Translations under genes and position numbers: made by a program
DNA from: Massalongia carnosa
Lineage: Eukaryota
Reading direction: 5' to 3'
NCBI GenBank assembly: GCA_965645245.1
Contig: OZ287076.1
Location: 1,302,001 to 1,366,000, forward strand
DNA length: 64,000 bases
Notes under the pieces: generated by a model
The model's input: only the letters and a program-made list of their open reading frames with translations
Database searches by the model: none
What the model was told of the DNA's origin: nothing
In this document: piece by piece, positions 39,001 to 49,348 of the stretch
How positions within the stretch are numbered: the first letter of the stretch is position 1
Layout of the letters: each line of letters starts with the position of its first letter

Positions 39001-39217
39001 AGAATTGAGGGGGGCAAAGCGTCTGATTGGTCAGGAACTTCTATCTCAATGCCTCTCATGATTATTCTAAAGAAATTGTAGATGTTTTAATGATTTTCAA
39101 CTGATGTTTACCTTCTTATTTACAAAAAAAGAGGAGAATATTTTGAAGTTCGCGACTCAGCCCTACGGTATCTCACTAAGCCTATTTAAGGTGGCTGCCA
39201 AATTGCCAGACGAAGGG
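36040..39217 (-). mobile_element. piggyBac-like transposon (inactivated)
   Basis: 26-bp TIR CCCTTCGTCTGGCAATTTGGCAGCCA. SVDEQLILFRGR, GFKIYSLC, YNQHMGGSD, FIFLLDAAVLNAF and a Cys-rich C-terminus (CLAC...CKSC..CC). Confidence 0.9.
36978..38009. mobile_element. Large solo LTR (1032 bp) inside the piggyBac transposase
   Basis: TGTAAT...ATTACA with perfect TSD ATCAA; removal rejoins GFPVD|LLRLRVAATK. Confidence 0.85.
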
Positions 39218-40031
39218 ATAGCTTTATATTCATTGTTCATCGGATATTCTAGTTTTAGGTCGTAATTACCATTTCTGGAGGGGTGTTCATCCGGTGATAA
39301 AGTTTATCCGGTGATAAAATACGTTAACTGGGACTCATGCTATGTTCGCTGTAGGTCCTGCCGTCCGCACCACGCATGGTCGAACCGTTACACTACCGCC
39401 CGTCTAGCTGCGGCTAGCCCCTAGCCGCTTCCAGTTATAGTTAGCCCCGAAGAATGGGCTCTTCTTAGCATACGGCCCTCGCCGATCCGACTTAGAGAGT
39501 TTTCATCCAACGCTTTCCTGTTTCGTCCTAGCTTCAGTCCGTCGAAGCAAGGCGAAAAAGCGAGGAACTCAGGTCAGGAATCGAACTCACGACTAGTACA
39601 CCGATTGATGACTAAGTATTCTGTGACGAAGCGAGATAGTAAATAGATTTCTACCATTGCGCCACCTGTCCTTCCCGACCAAAAGGCACAATACTTAGTC
39701 CGCAGACTAAGCTCTATTCTACTATAACTGGGACTAATGCTATGTTCGCTATAGGTCCTGCCGTCCGCACCACGCATGGTCGGACCGTTACATATGCCAA
39801 AGAATTCGATATTTCACCTCGTCTATTTCAAAGAAGACTACATGGATATAACAAGCGAAAGGTAGTCAATATGAGGCTGTCTGCTATACTAGAACTAGTC
39901 CGGAAAGAGTATATTGAATTTCTTGATGATATTGAATTATCAATGAAATTGCTATTGATTCGCGGTGCAGCTAATTATTTGTGGCAATTGTAATATCCTT
40001 CCTCGTCTCTATCTTCTCTCACCCGCGTAGG

Positions 40032-40431
40032 TGTTAAGTAGACGTACCCTGAACATGGCGGTAGCAACCCAGTAGACCTGGAGGATAGGCTAGAGCTAGG
40101 GATACGGCTATAGATAAGATAGAGGACGTCATGTGACTAGGGGCACGCTAGTCTAGATCAAGACACCAAGTGACCGCCAAGACCACTAGGGTGACCATGG
40201 CTTGGACACTAGTGACTACTTGGTCACTAGGAGTTATGCTTAGCGGTGACCGGTACTGAGACCCCCAGCACCCATCATGTATATAAGGAAGCCTATCTTC
40301 CCCTTAGCTAGATTCCTCGCGGTTTACTCACTAGTAATCCAGAAGGGGATATTCCAGTTAACTCTAACCCAGTTTATACTTGATTGCCCATGCACCTCTA
40401 CTAACCATAGCGACGTTGCACTGACGTTACA
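40032..40431. mobile_element. Solo LTR (400 bp)
   Basis: TGTTAAG...GTTACA with perfect TSD GTAGG. Confidence 0.88.
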
Positions 40432-40733
40432 GTAGGTTAATGCTGGACCGGACGATTCTTGAAAAGAAATCCACAATTTTTCATGTAAAAAGGCAAGCCA
40501 TTAGCAGCCGAAAGGAAAAGAGCTCACAATGTTACGGATATTCAAACTTATTTCTCTTCTTTTCAATCGACTGCAACCATTCTTGGTATAACTCCAGATG
40601 ATATATAGAATATAGATTAGACAGGCTTTCGAGTTGGCTATAGGGTAACCTATTTGGTGGTAATACTATCATCACATAAACGAATTATGATCGCTGATCC
40701 AGACAATCGAGACTATATAACTTCGGTCGAATA

Positions 40734-41275
40734 TGTAACGGTTCGACCAAGCGTGGTACGGACGGCAGGACCTACAGCGTATATAACAGGAGTCCCAGTT
40801 ATAGTAGAATAGAGCTTGGTCTGCGGACTAAGTACTGTGCCTTTAGTCGGGAAGGAAATAGCGCAATGGTAGAAATCTATTCACTATCTCGCTTCGTCAC
40901 AGAATACTTAGTCATCAATCGGTATACTAGTCGATTCCTGACCTGAGTTCCTCGCTTTTTCGCCTTGCTTCGACGGACTGAAGCTAGGACGAAACGGGAA
41001 ATCGTTGGATGAAAACTCTCTAAGTCGGATCGGCGAGGGCCGTACACTAAGAAGAGCCTATTCTTCGGGGCTAACTATAACTGGAAGCGGCTAGGGGCTA
41101 GCCGCAGCTAGACGGGCGGTAGTGTAACGGTTCGACCATGCGTGGTGCGGATGGGAGAACCTATAGCGAATATAGCAAGAGTCCCAGTTATAGTAAAATA
41201 GAGTATTCTACCTTTTGGTTAGGAAGGACAGGTGGCGCAATGGTAGAAATCTATTTACTATCTCGCTTCGTCACA
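40734..41275 (+). mobile_element. TRIM copy B (diverged, flanks do not match)
   Basis: LTRs 40734-40901 and 41123-41275 around the same internal domain; flanks GAATA / CAATT. Confidence 0.88.
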
Positions 41276-44058
41276 CAATTCACTAGTTAACGAGACAAAC
41301 CGCTCAACGGGACTAACTTAATTTCGCTTAATTCTTGATGCCTCCCTCCAACCAATTTTACATACAGTTTCGGCTTCAATATCTAATAATTGTAAAAATA
41401 ATTTTATCTGCATGTAAGTTTACTAAAACAATCACATTTTACGTGGTAGACGAATAATAAGACCCCGTCTGGTAGTTTTAACCTCCTTCACCACTTCAAC
41501 CACCTCTACCACATCAACTACCTCTATCACCTTTACCACCTCTACCACCTCCACCATCTCAACAACCTCTACTACCTCAACTACCTCCACCACCTCAACT
41601 ACCTCGACTACCTCAACTACCTCCACCACCTCAACCACCTCTACCACCTCAACAATCTCTACCACTTCAACTACCTCCAGCACTTCAACTACATCTACTA
41701 TTTCAACTACCTCTACTATCTCCTTTGCCCCTTCTACCGTCTCTGTCACCCCCATGATTTGATAAAGCATGAAGGGGGGTAACAAATATTCTTTTGAAGG
41801 ACTTATAGGCCTTCTTTGTAAATTATAGGGAAATTTTTGAGGACTATTCGTAGGAGATGTAGACTTTTGTCCTAGTAAATTAGGCCCAAATCGACATATT
41901 TCTCTAAAGGTTTTGATAAGATCCTGCTCAGCTCGTTTCAACTGAGCGGCCTTCTTTTCATTATCCTTCATCTTCTGTTGAGTTTTAGCTCATTGCTATC
42001 TTTATTGAACGTCTTTGAGGCTCAGAACTCGAGCCTTTCCACGATAGTAAGCACCACTACGATTAGCTCAATAATGCCGCCGTAAATTGGCCTAAAGAAG
42101 CTCGTTGTTGGTAATTCGTAGCAAGGTAGAGTCGGCAAATGCGTATTTGGCCCCCTTTATCAATCTGTTTAGCGCTCGGGCGGGTGTTGAGTCTGAATTC
42201 TTATCAGATCGAATTCGACGAATCAATTGATCTTATTGATCGATATTTGCAGGTGTTTTTCTACCTCGATAACAGCTTTCTAAGAATTCTGAATTGTCGG
42301 AGTGTCAGGGTCAGAGACCGACGTAGTCTCTGGATCAATTCCGACATTTGTAAAAGTAGAAGTGGTAGTGATAGTGGTGGTAATTATGCTGTTAGTCTTT
42401 CGCAATACCGATTGTTTATTAGTGAGTTTCTGAAGAACTAGAGAAGGATTATATAATACTAATCCGGTGACTCTCTACGCAGTGAGCACATTTATAGTTT
42501 TGATTGCTCCTTTTCTTGCTTTTTGTATGATCTTCAAAAAGTCTACCTTGTCAATCGAACAAACGTTAAACTGAATGACGGCCTACAGTTGTTTTTTATA
42601 CTCCCGAGACAGGGGACCGAAAACGCTCACGTCTAGAGGTTGTAGTAAATGTGTAGTATGAGGAGGTAGACAGAGAGGAATTATTTTCTTTTCATTGCAA
42701 AACTTGATAAATTCAGTAGAAATATGAGAAGCATAACCGTCTACTATTAGAAGTCGATAATCACAATTTAAATATTTTGCAGTAGCAGGTTCAAAACATC
42801 TTTTCAACTAATCTGTTATGCTCTATCTAGAGACAAGTCATAGGGACGCTAGAAACGAAATACAATAAAGATAAAGAAGGATAAAGACAACTGACAACCC
42901 GAACCTGCCTCTATATATCCACTATTGCGCTAGTACTCATGTGGTATTAGCGCGGTAGAATCGTCTAGTGACTGCAGGAACAAAAGTTCCTGCGCGTTAC
43001 ATCTACGGTTTGCCCTAGGCGGTGCCGAGTTTATCCGAGTACCGAGGTTGTAGAGAGTAGAATCGTAACACAATCGATACCTAGTTCGTTATCTGTCTAT
43101 CCGTTTTCGCTGGTAGCGATTTCGCTATGAATATCTTCCAGAGCATCAAACCAGGCCTTCAGTTTGTTTACCCCTTTGAAAATTACGAAGAGGGGTAGAC
43201 TGCGTCTAGTAGCAGAAATAGCCTGGATTAATGACACCTATTCTCGATTACCTGATTGTGCTGAAAAGGCCTGCTTTTCGTGCTTAGATATTAACACTTT
43301 AACACTAGCGGCTACCCCTATCATGAATCCTTTTTTATCCATATTGTAGATGTCTTCATTAAGAGTTCCGTGTTTTTGTTTGACGGAAAGAAAAAGCTCG
43401 AAATAATATTTAAAAACCTCTTCGTTCTCCGCAAATAACCGTTCTTGATTTAATGTGCGACTATATTTGGCCTGCAAATCGGGATAAAGATGTAAAATAT
43501 GCTGTTGCCAATTAACTCCTAGGGCAGTATGATTTCCCCTTGCTCGCAATAATTCGATAGCCATCTGACGCAATTGAGCGACTTTAACAGGCCAGCCCCA
43601 GGCGTACAATTGTAAAACCCAGTCCTTCAAAGCGTTCTCTTCTTCGGGTATCAATAGCTGTCTAACTTGATCGGATCAAAATCGTGGTTGACGACCCTGA
43701 ATGCGAGCATAAATTGTAGACTTTAAAACGCCATACAGAGCAGCTGCTTTCGTGATGGAAAGAGTCTTGTCGGTCTGTTTCCAGGCCAGAAATGCTGATT
43801 GTAATCGTTATTGATACGCGGAGGTAGGGTGGGAAGAAGGAAGCTTGGATATTTTTTCAGAGGTAGGTTTTTTACAAACAGCCATAATTATAGTTTTTAA
43901 TAAGATTATATTGATTTGTTTTACTATTTGAAGCTACTTTTGTATGGAAAATATATGATGAAAAAAAAGGCTTCAACATGTAAGATAGTCCAAAAATAAA
44001 TATTTCGGATTTTCTTAGTCCCGTTGAGCGGTTTGTCCGGTTGACTAGTGAATTACGT
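41276..44058 (-). mobile_element. pogo/Fot1-like transposon (degenerate)
   Basis: TIR ACGTAATTCACTAGTCAACCGGACAAACCGCTCAACGGGACTAA ending at 44058 (+TA), truncated copy at 41276. DIYNMDKKGF, LLIVDGYASH, PPHTTHLLQPLDVSVF. Confidence 0.88.
42814..43070 (-). mobile_element. Solo LTR (257 bp), 21248/49217 family
   Basis: TGTTATG...CGTAACA; TSD TAATC/CAATC. Confidence 0.88.
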
Positions 44059-44082
44059 TAGCTAAACAGTTTGGCTTGGTGG

Positions 44083-45900
44083 CACGCGGGTGACAAAAAA
44101 AATTTTACTCACAAATTTTGACCCCTTTTCAACCACCATATTTTGTACACCATCATTTAGCCATAAATAGAGCTACCACACCAGTTTTAGAGTCGCATGA
44201 CGCTTAGACCCATTATCCTACCCCTAAATAGGCCAAAATTCAGGGTGCAGTAGAGTTTTGCGATGCGATAAAGATTCCTTATTTTAAAGAAGATATTTTT
44301 CGTGTTTTTCGGCACTTTCCAAAACAAACTGGCTGGAAAATTTTGACAAGAGAAAATTTCAGTCGTACTAGACACAATACCGATATTCCTGAAAAACGTA
44401 GACGTCATTCAATTGTGACCCCGAGACACATACGGGAGATGGAGCGTATTTTGAAGACAGAAGGCATGGAGGCTTGCGGGTTAACGTGGGTTCAATTGGG
44501 CTACGAGATGGGACTGGAGTGCAGTAGTCGTATAATTCAGAGAGTTATAGGTACGATGAATTATCATAAATACATTGCATGTAGAAAGGGCTGGGTCAGC
44601 GAATCGACGGCTAAACGTCGTTTTGAATAGGTTATCGTCATGAAAGAAAGATATCCTGATAATGATGACTGGTTTTCTGTACGATTCAGTAATGAGGTAC
44701 ATTATAGCTATGGGCCTCAGGGGAAAATTCGCATCATTTGCAAGCCGGGTTAATGATACTATCAATATTGTCTTCAAGAAACGAACGAATTAACTGAAAA
44801 AGACTTGAAAAAAAAAGCATGCTTGGGCTGCTGTAGGCCATAATTTCAAGTCAGACATTCGTTTATACGACGTTCCGGGCAACACTAATGGAAAGGTGAG
44901 TCAAAGGGTCTATATTGATCAGATTTTGAAGCCTGTCGTCAAGCCGTGGCTTGACAGAGGTTATGATTTCTGTCTAGAAGAAGATAGTAATTCAGGGCAT
45001 GGTACTAGTAAAAACAATATCGTACGCAAATGTATAAGAGGGACAGTAGACACTAGTCCTTATGGGTTATAATGCTCAGTGTGACTGCTAATAGATTGGT
45101 AGGTGCTAAAGCTAAAAGCTGATTCCCTGAAGATGGGAATCGAGCTTTCTATATACCCCTTGGGGTCCTATTTACTAACTACTTGTCTGGTTACCTGTCT
45201 GCCTTGCTGCCTTCAGCTGAGGTCTAGTAGATAGCCTTGCTGCCTTCAGCTGAGATCTAGCAGATAACCTTGTTGCCTTCAGCTGAGGTCTAGCAAATAG
45301 CCTTGTTGCCTTCAGCTGAGGTCTCCTAGGCGTCCCAGGCCTCCCATGAGATCGAGGCTTATCTGAATAGCTTCAGTTGCTGCCTAACAAACTGGTAAGG
45401 CTGATTGCTGATGGCTTAGTATTGCTATCCGCCTTATCATGACTAAGCATCCGGATTATCAGTCACCCGGTCTTCTTGGGTGAGTCATCCCAGGAGCTAG
45501 CGCAGTCCTGTATTGCCGCGCTATTACAAAATAGAAGGAAGAAAATGGGTTGAAAAGCTATTTCAACTGTGCTTCGTCTCCTGATCTCTCACCTATTGAA
45601 AATTGCTGGCAGCCACCCAAGCAGTATATTCGCAAATTCTTTTATTGGGATGAGGCCACCACGGTATGACTGATCATGAGGGGTGGGCCACGGTTTCGCA
45701 AAATTTCATCAATAGCAAGGTAGCTGAGATACCGAAACGGCTGCAAGCGGTGATAGATGGTTACGGTACGATGACGGGTTATTGATAGTAGTAGGAGTAG
45801 CAATAATAATAGTATGGTGCCACGATGCAAATAGGGGTCAAACTTTGATAGTTTGGTAGGGTCAAAATTTGTGAGTAAAATTTTTTTTGTCACCCGCGTT
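44083..45900 (+). mobile_element. Tc1-like (DD37E) transposon, degenerate, 5-bp TSD
   Basis: CACGCGGGTGACAAAAAAAATTTTACTCACAAATTTTGACCC inverted ends; GGTGG on both sides; LEEDSNSGH...[11 protein letters not shown]. Confidence 0.9.
45033..45528. mobile_element. Solo LTR (496 bp) with internal ~33-bp tandem repeats
   Basis: TATAAG (probably mutated TGTAAG)...ATTACA; TSD AAATG/AAATA; GCCTTGCTGCCTTCAGCTGAGGTCT about four times at 45200-45325. Confidence 0.8.
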
Positions 45901-46046
45901 GGTGGGTAAAAAGGCCGAAAGCTAGATAGATTAACGTCAGCCTTTGTGTCACGATTCTACACGGCACGACCTCGGCACTCGGCAACGCCTAGGGCAATCG
46001 TAGATGGAATACGCAGGCACTTTCGATTTCGTTCCCGCAGCTACTA

Positions 46047-48431
46047 ACGTAATTGCCACCTATTCGGGCCAGCCACCTATTCGGGCCAGCCACCTATTCG
46101 GGCCGGCCACCCGCAAATTTCACCATCATCGCCAAATAGAGAAACACCATCAGCGCATTACCTCTATCAGCATCAAAACTAGCTAAAAACATCACTGTCC
46201 ATGGCTAATTCCTTCCAGGCAATCTTCGCGAACTTCACTTTCCCATTTAAAGCATGATATCGTGCCTTTTGTTGGCCAATGCTTCATCCTTTTGCCTCTT
46301 CTCCTCTACCAACTCCCGTTCTTTACCCACCGTCAGCACTTTTGCTTTTCCATGCCCTTTTCTAGACGTCTTTTGACGTCGTTGATCCTGTTTGGCTGTG
46401 ACGAAGCGAGATAGTGAATAGATTTCTACCATTGCGCCACCTGTCCTTCCCGACCAAAAGGCACAATACTTAGTCCGCAGACCAAGCTCTATTCTACTAT
46501 AACTGGGACCTGCTATGTTCGCTGTAGGTCCTGCCGTCCGCACCACGCTTGGTCGAACCGTTACACTACCGCCCGTCTAGCTGCGGCTAGCCCCTAGCCG
46601 CTTCCAGTTATAGTTAGCCCCGAAGAATGGGCTCTTCTTAGCGTACCGCCCTCGCCGATCCGACTTAGAGAGTTTTCATCCAACGCTTTCCCGTTTCGTC
46701 CTAGCTACAGTCCGTCGAAGCAAGGCGAAAAAGCGAGGAACTCAGGTCAGGAATCGAACTCACGACAAGTATACCGATTGATGACTAAGTATTCTGTGAC
46801 GAAGCGAGATAGTGAATAGATTTCTACCATTGCGCCACCTGTCCTTCCCGACCAAAAGGCACAATACTTAGTCCGCAGACCAAGCTCTATTCTACTATAA
46901 CTGGGACCTGCTATGTTCGCTGTAGGTCCTGCCGTCCGCACCACGCTTGGTCGAACCGTTACATTGGCAATCAATTCCTGATTGGTATGCTGTAAAATAA
47001 TTCTATCTGCAACAGCATTCAAAGCGGTTGTTTTTAGAACATCAACATGCGCGCGGAGAGACGGAGTCATACGAGTCAACAAAACGTCGCTGGCCTCTTG
47101 AATCCGTTTGGTCGTTTTGGGAGTGACATTATTGACGTCGCGACAAGATGGAGGAGTGACTGTTCTAGGTAATTTGTCTATAACATGCTGAGGATTGTAG
47201 GGAACCAGACCTGTTCCTCGCCAGGCACTCAGGATGTTGGTGGTGGACATGGCCTGTTTTCTTGCGACCTGAATTAGATTTAGAAATTCCACCTTCGAGA
47301 CGTTTACGACCCCGTAACGAGATCTGCTAGAAACTAATTGCTTGTAGGCCTTACTCAATGGTCCAAAAACACCCACGTCTAATGGTTGCAATAGATGGGT
47401 GGAATGAGGAGGTAGACACAAGGGTACAATCTTGTTTTGATCGCAGAACTCCATGAATTCCATTGTGATATGACTGTCATGCCTATCGACAATCAACAGT
47501 CTATAAACCCCTTTAGTGCGACTTGTTTGTGGATGGAAAACTTCTTTTAACCAATGCAAAGCTATTTCCCGGTCCGTCCATCCATTGGGACTGACCCGAA
47601 TAGTTGTTTTCTCATCCGTAATGGCTGCATACCAGGCTTGCTGAATCTGAGCACCTTGAAATATGATATAAGCAGGAAGAATACTCCCGCGAGAGGATAT
47701 ACACTCAATTAAAGTGACCCAATCCCTGTTTCCTGGATGCACATTGAAAGGTGCTGTATTACCTCTTATTATGACCTTAGAACTGTCCGCAATGCCCATG
47801 GCGAATCCTTTTTTATCCATGTTGTATATATCTGCATCTGCGACACCGTATTTCTCGCGAGTGGTCATGTACAAATCAAACCAATCCTTCATGATAACAG
47901 GGTCGCTGGCGTCTTTTCTGACCTGATCCAAATTTCTATTGTATTTTAACTTGAATTCAGGATGTCTGTTCAAAAAGTTTTTATACCAATGGTGTCCAAG
48001 CGCTTTTCGATCCCCTTTGGCCTCCATCAAACTCTTAGCCATGCCTTCAAGATGTATAATTCGAGGGGGCCAGCCCCATGCAGTCATTCTTTCAATCCAT
48101 GTAATCAGTGCTTGTTCCTCCTGTACGGATAGTCTTTGCATAGTTTGATGATAGGATTTTGCAGGTTGTCTCCCCCGTAAACGAGCTTGAAGCGTCGATC
48201 GAGGAATGTCATAAACACGGGCGATTTCTCGTTGTGATATATTGGGATTTTCCCGCAAATATTCAACAGCTAATTCTAAACGAGTATTAGAATCTGATAC
48301 ATCTAATTTTGAATTTATTTGAATATTGTTGGATGGTGGTGATGAATGATAATGGAAAAGAATTAGGTAGCCAGTAGATTTTGATGGGGCGGCCCGAGTA
48401 GGTGGCTGGCCCGAATAGATGGCAATTACGT
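46047..48431 (-). mobile_element. pogo/Fot1-like transposon, near-complete ORF, 3' end interrupted by TRIM C
   Basis: TIR ACGTAATTGCCA(C/T)CTATTCGGGCCAGCCACCTA, TA on both sides. HTH (YDIPRSTLQARLRG), YNMDKKGF, LIVDRHDSH, QPLDVGVFGPL. Confidence 0.92.
46397..46963 (-). mobile_element. TRIM copy C, intact (567 bp)
   Basis: Two 169-bp LTRs (46397-46565, 46795-46963) that appear identical, TG...CA ends, 229-bp non-coding interior, perfect TSD TTGGC, PPT-like AGACGGGCGGTAG. Confidence 0.95.
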
Positions 48432-48449
48432 TAGAAGGTTCCATGACGA

Positions 48450-48758
48450 TGTGGAGGGGTGGAGTAGACCTCCACCAGATGGCCAGATGACAGGCGTGAT
48501 AACTGTACGCGAGGGTCAGTCCTACCGAACACCATTGCCGGAAGTCACATGATCGCTCCCTGTGCCGTCAGTTATATACCCGCTCGCCACTTCTTCCGTT
48601 CAGTTTGTCTCTTCATCTCTTCATCTAGCCAGCTAGTCAGTGCGCACGTAGCAACATAACGACGACGATGACCTGATTATTCATTTCTTTTTTATTTAAT
48701 GGCCCAGTGACAGTACGATTGATTCATAAACGCACACCACCTAGTTTATCCTCCTTTA
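48450..48758. mobile_element. LTR-like insertion (~310 bp)
   Basis: TGTGGAGG...CCTCCTTT(A) inserted between duplicated (G/A)ACGA within the host LTR; right end decayed. Confidence 0.6.
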
Positions 48759-49278
48759 ACGACTATACCATATGGGTACTAGCGCAGTAGAGTATATATA
48801 GGGGCAGGTTCTGGTTATCGATTGTCTTTTTCCTTCTCCATCTTTATAGTATTCGTTTCTAGTATCCCTATGACTTGTCTCTAGGTAGATCATAACAATT
48901 TGATTTTGAATAGCTTCATTTTAAAAGGGTCAATCAATTGGTATAATGTAAATAGTTTGAGAAATGCGTCATGGAGATGATAACGTAATAGAGATAAGCT
49001 GCATTTAGAGCGTAACTCCGGGAGCGGTCCATCGGATTTACCTCGGTCGCACGGTTATTCTGACATCAACATTTACGAGCATAAGACGATTCGAAAATAT
49101 ACGATTTTATGAACAAGTGATAACAACACGAAAGAAATACGACGAGAAAATTTCATTAAATATTGTGAACACATTAACGTTGATTTAAAAAATCAATTAT
49201 TAAACGTGATCAATTGTGTCACGATTCTACCTTTTGCCTTTAGTAACTAAGCCTAATAGAGCACCTACGGAAACCGTA

Positions 49279-49348
49279 ATCGTGCTAAACCACTTTCGGA
49301 ATGGAAGGGCATCCCTTACCTTCCATTCCGAAAGTGGTTTAGCACGAT
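49279..49348. mobile_element. 70-bp hairpin MITE in the 5' LTR
   Basis: Perfect 30-bp inverted repeats with a 10-bp spacer; TA duplicated relative to the 3' LTR (CCGTA|GACGG). Confidence 0.92.

Larger units (their letters stand above)
33901..39324 (+). mobile_element. pogo/Fot1-like transposon (frameshifted) containing a piggyBac
   Basis: ACGTAT...ATACGT ends, TA duplicated relative to the sister LTR (CTATA|ACTGGG). Transposase 34068-35984 with YNFDEKGF, MDGHSSH, PPHSTHRLQPLDVGIF and a probable intron ~34487-34558. Confidence 0.9.
32463..39792 (-). mobile_element. TRIM copy A; one LTR split by a Tc1-like and a pogo insertion
   Basis: LTR pieces 32463-32535, 33864-33900 and 39325-39392, internal domain, second LTR 39622-39792; perfect TSD TATGC. 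Confidence 0.9.
45947..48897 (+). mobile_element. Solo LTR of the 21248/49217 family, split by a pogo element and an LTR-like insert
   Basis: Pieces 45947-46046, 48432-48449 and ~48759-48897; TGTCACG...ATAACA; flanks CTTTG/ATTTG. Confidence 0.82.
32253..49055 (+). mobile_element. Outer pogo/Fot1-like transposon, expanded to 16.8 kb by nested insertions
   Basis: TIR ACCGTGCGACCGAGGTAAATCCGATGGACCGC at 32253 and inverted at ~49024-49055, TA on both sides. Transposase fragments at 32380-32462, 39793-40031 and 40432-40733 (WTGRFLKRNP, TGFRVG, DPDNRDYITSVE). Confidence 0.88.

Noticed and set aside
46728..46844. Functional tRNA gene
   Set aside because: A and B boxes are present, but the D-, anticodon- and T-stems do not pair; kept only as a tRNA-like cassette.
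46747..46963. C-terminus of the 565-aa ORF and the recurring SYSRIELGLRTKYCAFWSG ORFs (39574, 46247, 59847)
   Set aside because: Chance read-through of TRIM LTR sequence, not a protein family.
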